A stretch of DNA of 64,000 bases, taken from assembly GCF_006345805.1 (NCBI RefSeq), contig NC_043002.1:25048001-25112000 (forward strand). Reading direction: 5' to 3'. The translations under genes were made by a program, and so were the position numbers. This DNA is from Octopus sinensis (Eukaryota). Positions 61,356 through 64,000 of this stretch are shown here, piece by piece (the first letter of the stretch is position 1; the number at the start of each line of letters is the position of its first letter). Under the pieces are notes generated by a model. It had not been told where the DNA came from and made no database searches. It saw only the letters and a list, made by a program, of their open reading frames with translations.

Positions 61356-62835
61356 TAATTAATCAATATAGGGTGGCAAAAAAAATTTTGTAGAATTTTT
61401 TTGCCACCAGCGGCCTAGTGGGAAAAAATAAATAGTCATAGACCATTTTTAAGTTCAACATCAACAATCAAGGAACGGCCATAATAGGCCATTCACCCAC
61501 TAGAAATAACAGCCAAAGCTTCAACCGCAAATAAAAGTCAATTCCGTAAACAGGAGAAAATTTAAAAAACATTTACCCTGTAATTTCTTATACGATGCAC
61601 CGTTTCATCTGCTGTTTAATGGTAAACTAACCTGATTAAATTAAATCAAGCCAATCTTCCATAGGCCCTCAGATTCTTCAGTAAGAAATAGCCACAAGTC
61701 GGAACAGATATTTTCACGAGGCATTCCAACCCTGCCAAGGTAATATCTGACCTAAAATTTTCAAATCATCGCACTCGCGCCAAATTTATCGGCAGCAATA
61801 AATATAAGCCGTCGATTCCATTACGGAATTAACCAGAAAATTCATAATTAATCAATATAGGGTGGCAAAAAAAATTTTGTAGAATTTTTTTGCCACCAGC
61901 GGCCTAGTGGGAAAAAATTAAATAGTCATAGACCATTTTTAAGTTCAACATCAACAATCAAGGAACGGCCATAATAGGCCATTCACCCACTAGAAATAAC
62001 AGCCAAGCTTCAACCGCAAATAAAAGTCAATTCCGTAAACAGGAGAAAATTTAAAAAACATTTACCCTGTAATTTTTATACGATGCACCGTTTCATCTGC
62101 TGTTTAATGGTAAACTAACCTGATTAAATTAAATCAAGCCAATCTTCCATAGGCCCTCAGATTCTTCAGTAAGAAATAGCCACAAGTCGGAACAGATATT
62201 TTCACGAGGCATTTCCAACCCTGCCAAGGTAATATCTGACCTAAAATTTTCAAATCATCGCACTCGCGCCAAATTTATCGGCAGCAAATAAATATAAGCC
62301 GTCGATTCCATTACGGAATTAACCAGAAAATTCATAATTAATCAATATAGGGTGGCAAAAAAAATTTTGTAGAATTTTTTTGCCACCAGCGGCCTAGTGG
62401 GAAAAAATTAAATAGTCATAGACCAGTCATAGACCTATATTGATTAATTATGAATTTTCTGGTTAATTCCGTAATGGAATCGACGGCTTATATTTATTTG
62501 CTGCCGATAAATTTGGCGCGAGTGCGATGATTTGAAAATTTTAGGTCAGATATTACCTTGGCAGGGTTGGAAATGCCTCGTGAAAATATCTGTTCCGACT
62601 TGTGGCTATTTCTTACTGAAGAATCTGAGGGCCTATGGAAGATTGGCTTGATTTAATTTAATCAGGTTAGTTTACCATTAAACAGCAGATGAAACGGTGC
62701 ATCGTATAAGAAATTACAGGGTAAATGTTTTTTAAATTTTCTCCTGTTTACGGAATTGACTTTTATTTGCGGTTGAAGCTTTGGCTGTTATTTCTAGTGG
62801 GTGAATGGCCTATTATGGCCGTTCCTTGATTGTTG

Positions 62836-62837
<2 letters not shown>
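61356..62837. repeat. Array of a ~490-bp unit: about 2.2 head-to-tail copies, then a 404-bp inverted copy, all within (TA)n
   Basis: TATAGGGTGGC recurs with first G at 61371, 61860 and 62350; 62434-62837 is the reverse complement of part of the unit. Confidence 0.95.
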
Positions 62838-62869
<32 letters not shown>

Positions 62870-64000
62870 TATATATATAAACGCAACATGTACTTGCCGG
62901 TGGACTGCGATTTACGTGTTTGAGATTACTGTCTCAAAGTTCCAAGTGTTAAAACACCTGAAAGTCATAGACAAGTGAGACAACTCACCCCAAATCCCAT
63001 TCGGGAGTAACGGACATTGACGTTTTGCAACTTTTACAGCATATCAACATCACGTACTCGAACCGAATCAGAATCCTTCCTAATGTTATTTAAATTCACA
63101 CAGAAAACATTTTTATCGTAGTATTTTATGGGAAGTGGAGTTACGCCCTTTTTTTTCCGTAGCTCTATTCCCTACAACTTTTATCAGTTTTGAAATTTGA
63201 ATAAATTTTACCCTTTTTCAGACAATGGAGCGACAAGTAGACCAAAAAAATGAACATATTTATCTGATATCCCAATATATGTTATGTATCAAATCTTTTT
63301 AAAAGCTGGTGCTATTTAGTAAACATATCGCCTTAATTCAGTGAGTCAGGGGCCAGAAACGGCTGAAAATAGCTGCTGAAGCTGTTTAGCCTTAGGCAAT
63401 AATTTAGCATATCTATGTGAAAAGATGTCCCATTACATGACCCTTGCATCATTTTTTTTTCCTCTTTCTAAACCACAATTTAACCCAAAATACAATATTC
63501 CCCGTGATCTTCCTTTTTCTTCCATGAAAACAAAGTGTGAATGGAGGAGATTTAGCTACCATTTCCAACAGATCGATTGATCACTTAGAGACCCCACCAC
63601 CGTCATTGGTCATTCTTGTGTAGTGCGATGAAATGCTGTTGTTGATTTCGTTATTGTCGCCGTTGTTCTTTATGCCCCAGATCAGCGGCGGGAGGGAGAC
63701 TAAGTAAATCCATGATCAAAAACGCTCCAGCTACGACTGACCCATCATTTTGTACATCTACATCTAGAATCAACTAGGTCCTTCTATTTCTAAAATGGCA
63801 AGGAGATTTGGCTGTTATTTCTTACAGGTCGAACGACCACATAGAGGTTTCCTCATTGGTTGTTTAGTGTTGTGTAGTTTGTATGATGTGCTATGATATT
63901 GTATAATGCACAGTGGTGTTTCATCTTTTGTTTCAGTTTTTTAGACTACGGCCATACTGGAGCACCGCACTTGATGCAGAAAGCAGTGCTTATTTGACTA

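Overview
AT-rich, repeat-dense eukaryotic DNA. It is most likely a coleoid cephalopod (Octopus-like), inferred from the SINE/RTE repeat families and the C2H2 zinc-finger gene, not from a database match. The only confident host gene is the 3' end of a tandem C2H2 zinc-finger CDS (1-723, +). The rest is a mosaic of transposon-derived sequence and long microsatellites, with a 100-N gap at 51898-51997. Retroelements: two CR1/L2-group LINEs (one with an uninterrupted 506-aa RT ORF), a decayed CRE-type restriction-like-endonuclease element, two RTE LINEs with a PHD-like finger inside the RT, a Penelope-like RT fragment, Penelope-like remnants with hammerhead-like motifs and long palindromes, a deleted Ty3/gypsy (Mag-like) LTR element with intact TSD and PBS, and many SINEs of three families. 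DNA elements: three Helitron-type elements, two MITEs (one containing TTAGGG repeats) and a 490-bp tandem-plus-inverted array. A few strong splice-site pairs on the minus strand (31.5-42.5 kb) suggest an unidentified spliced transcript. All alignments and coordinates were read by eye; most repeat boundaries are approximate.
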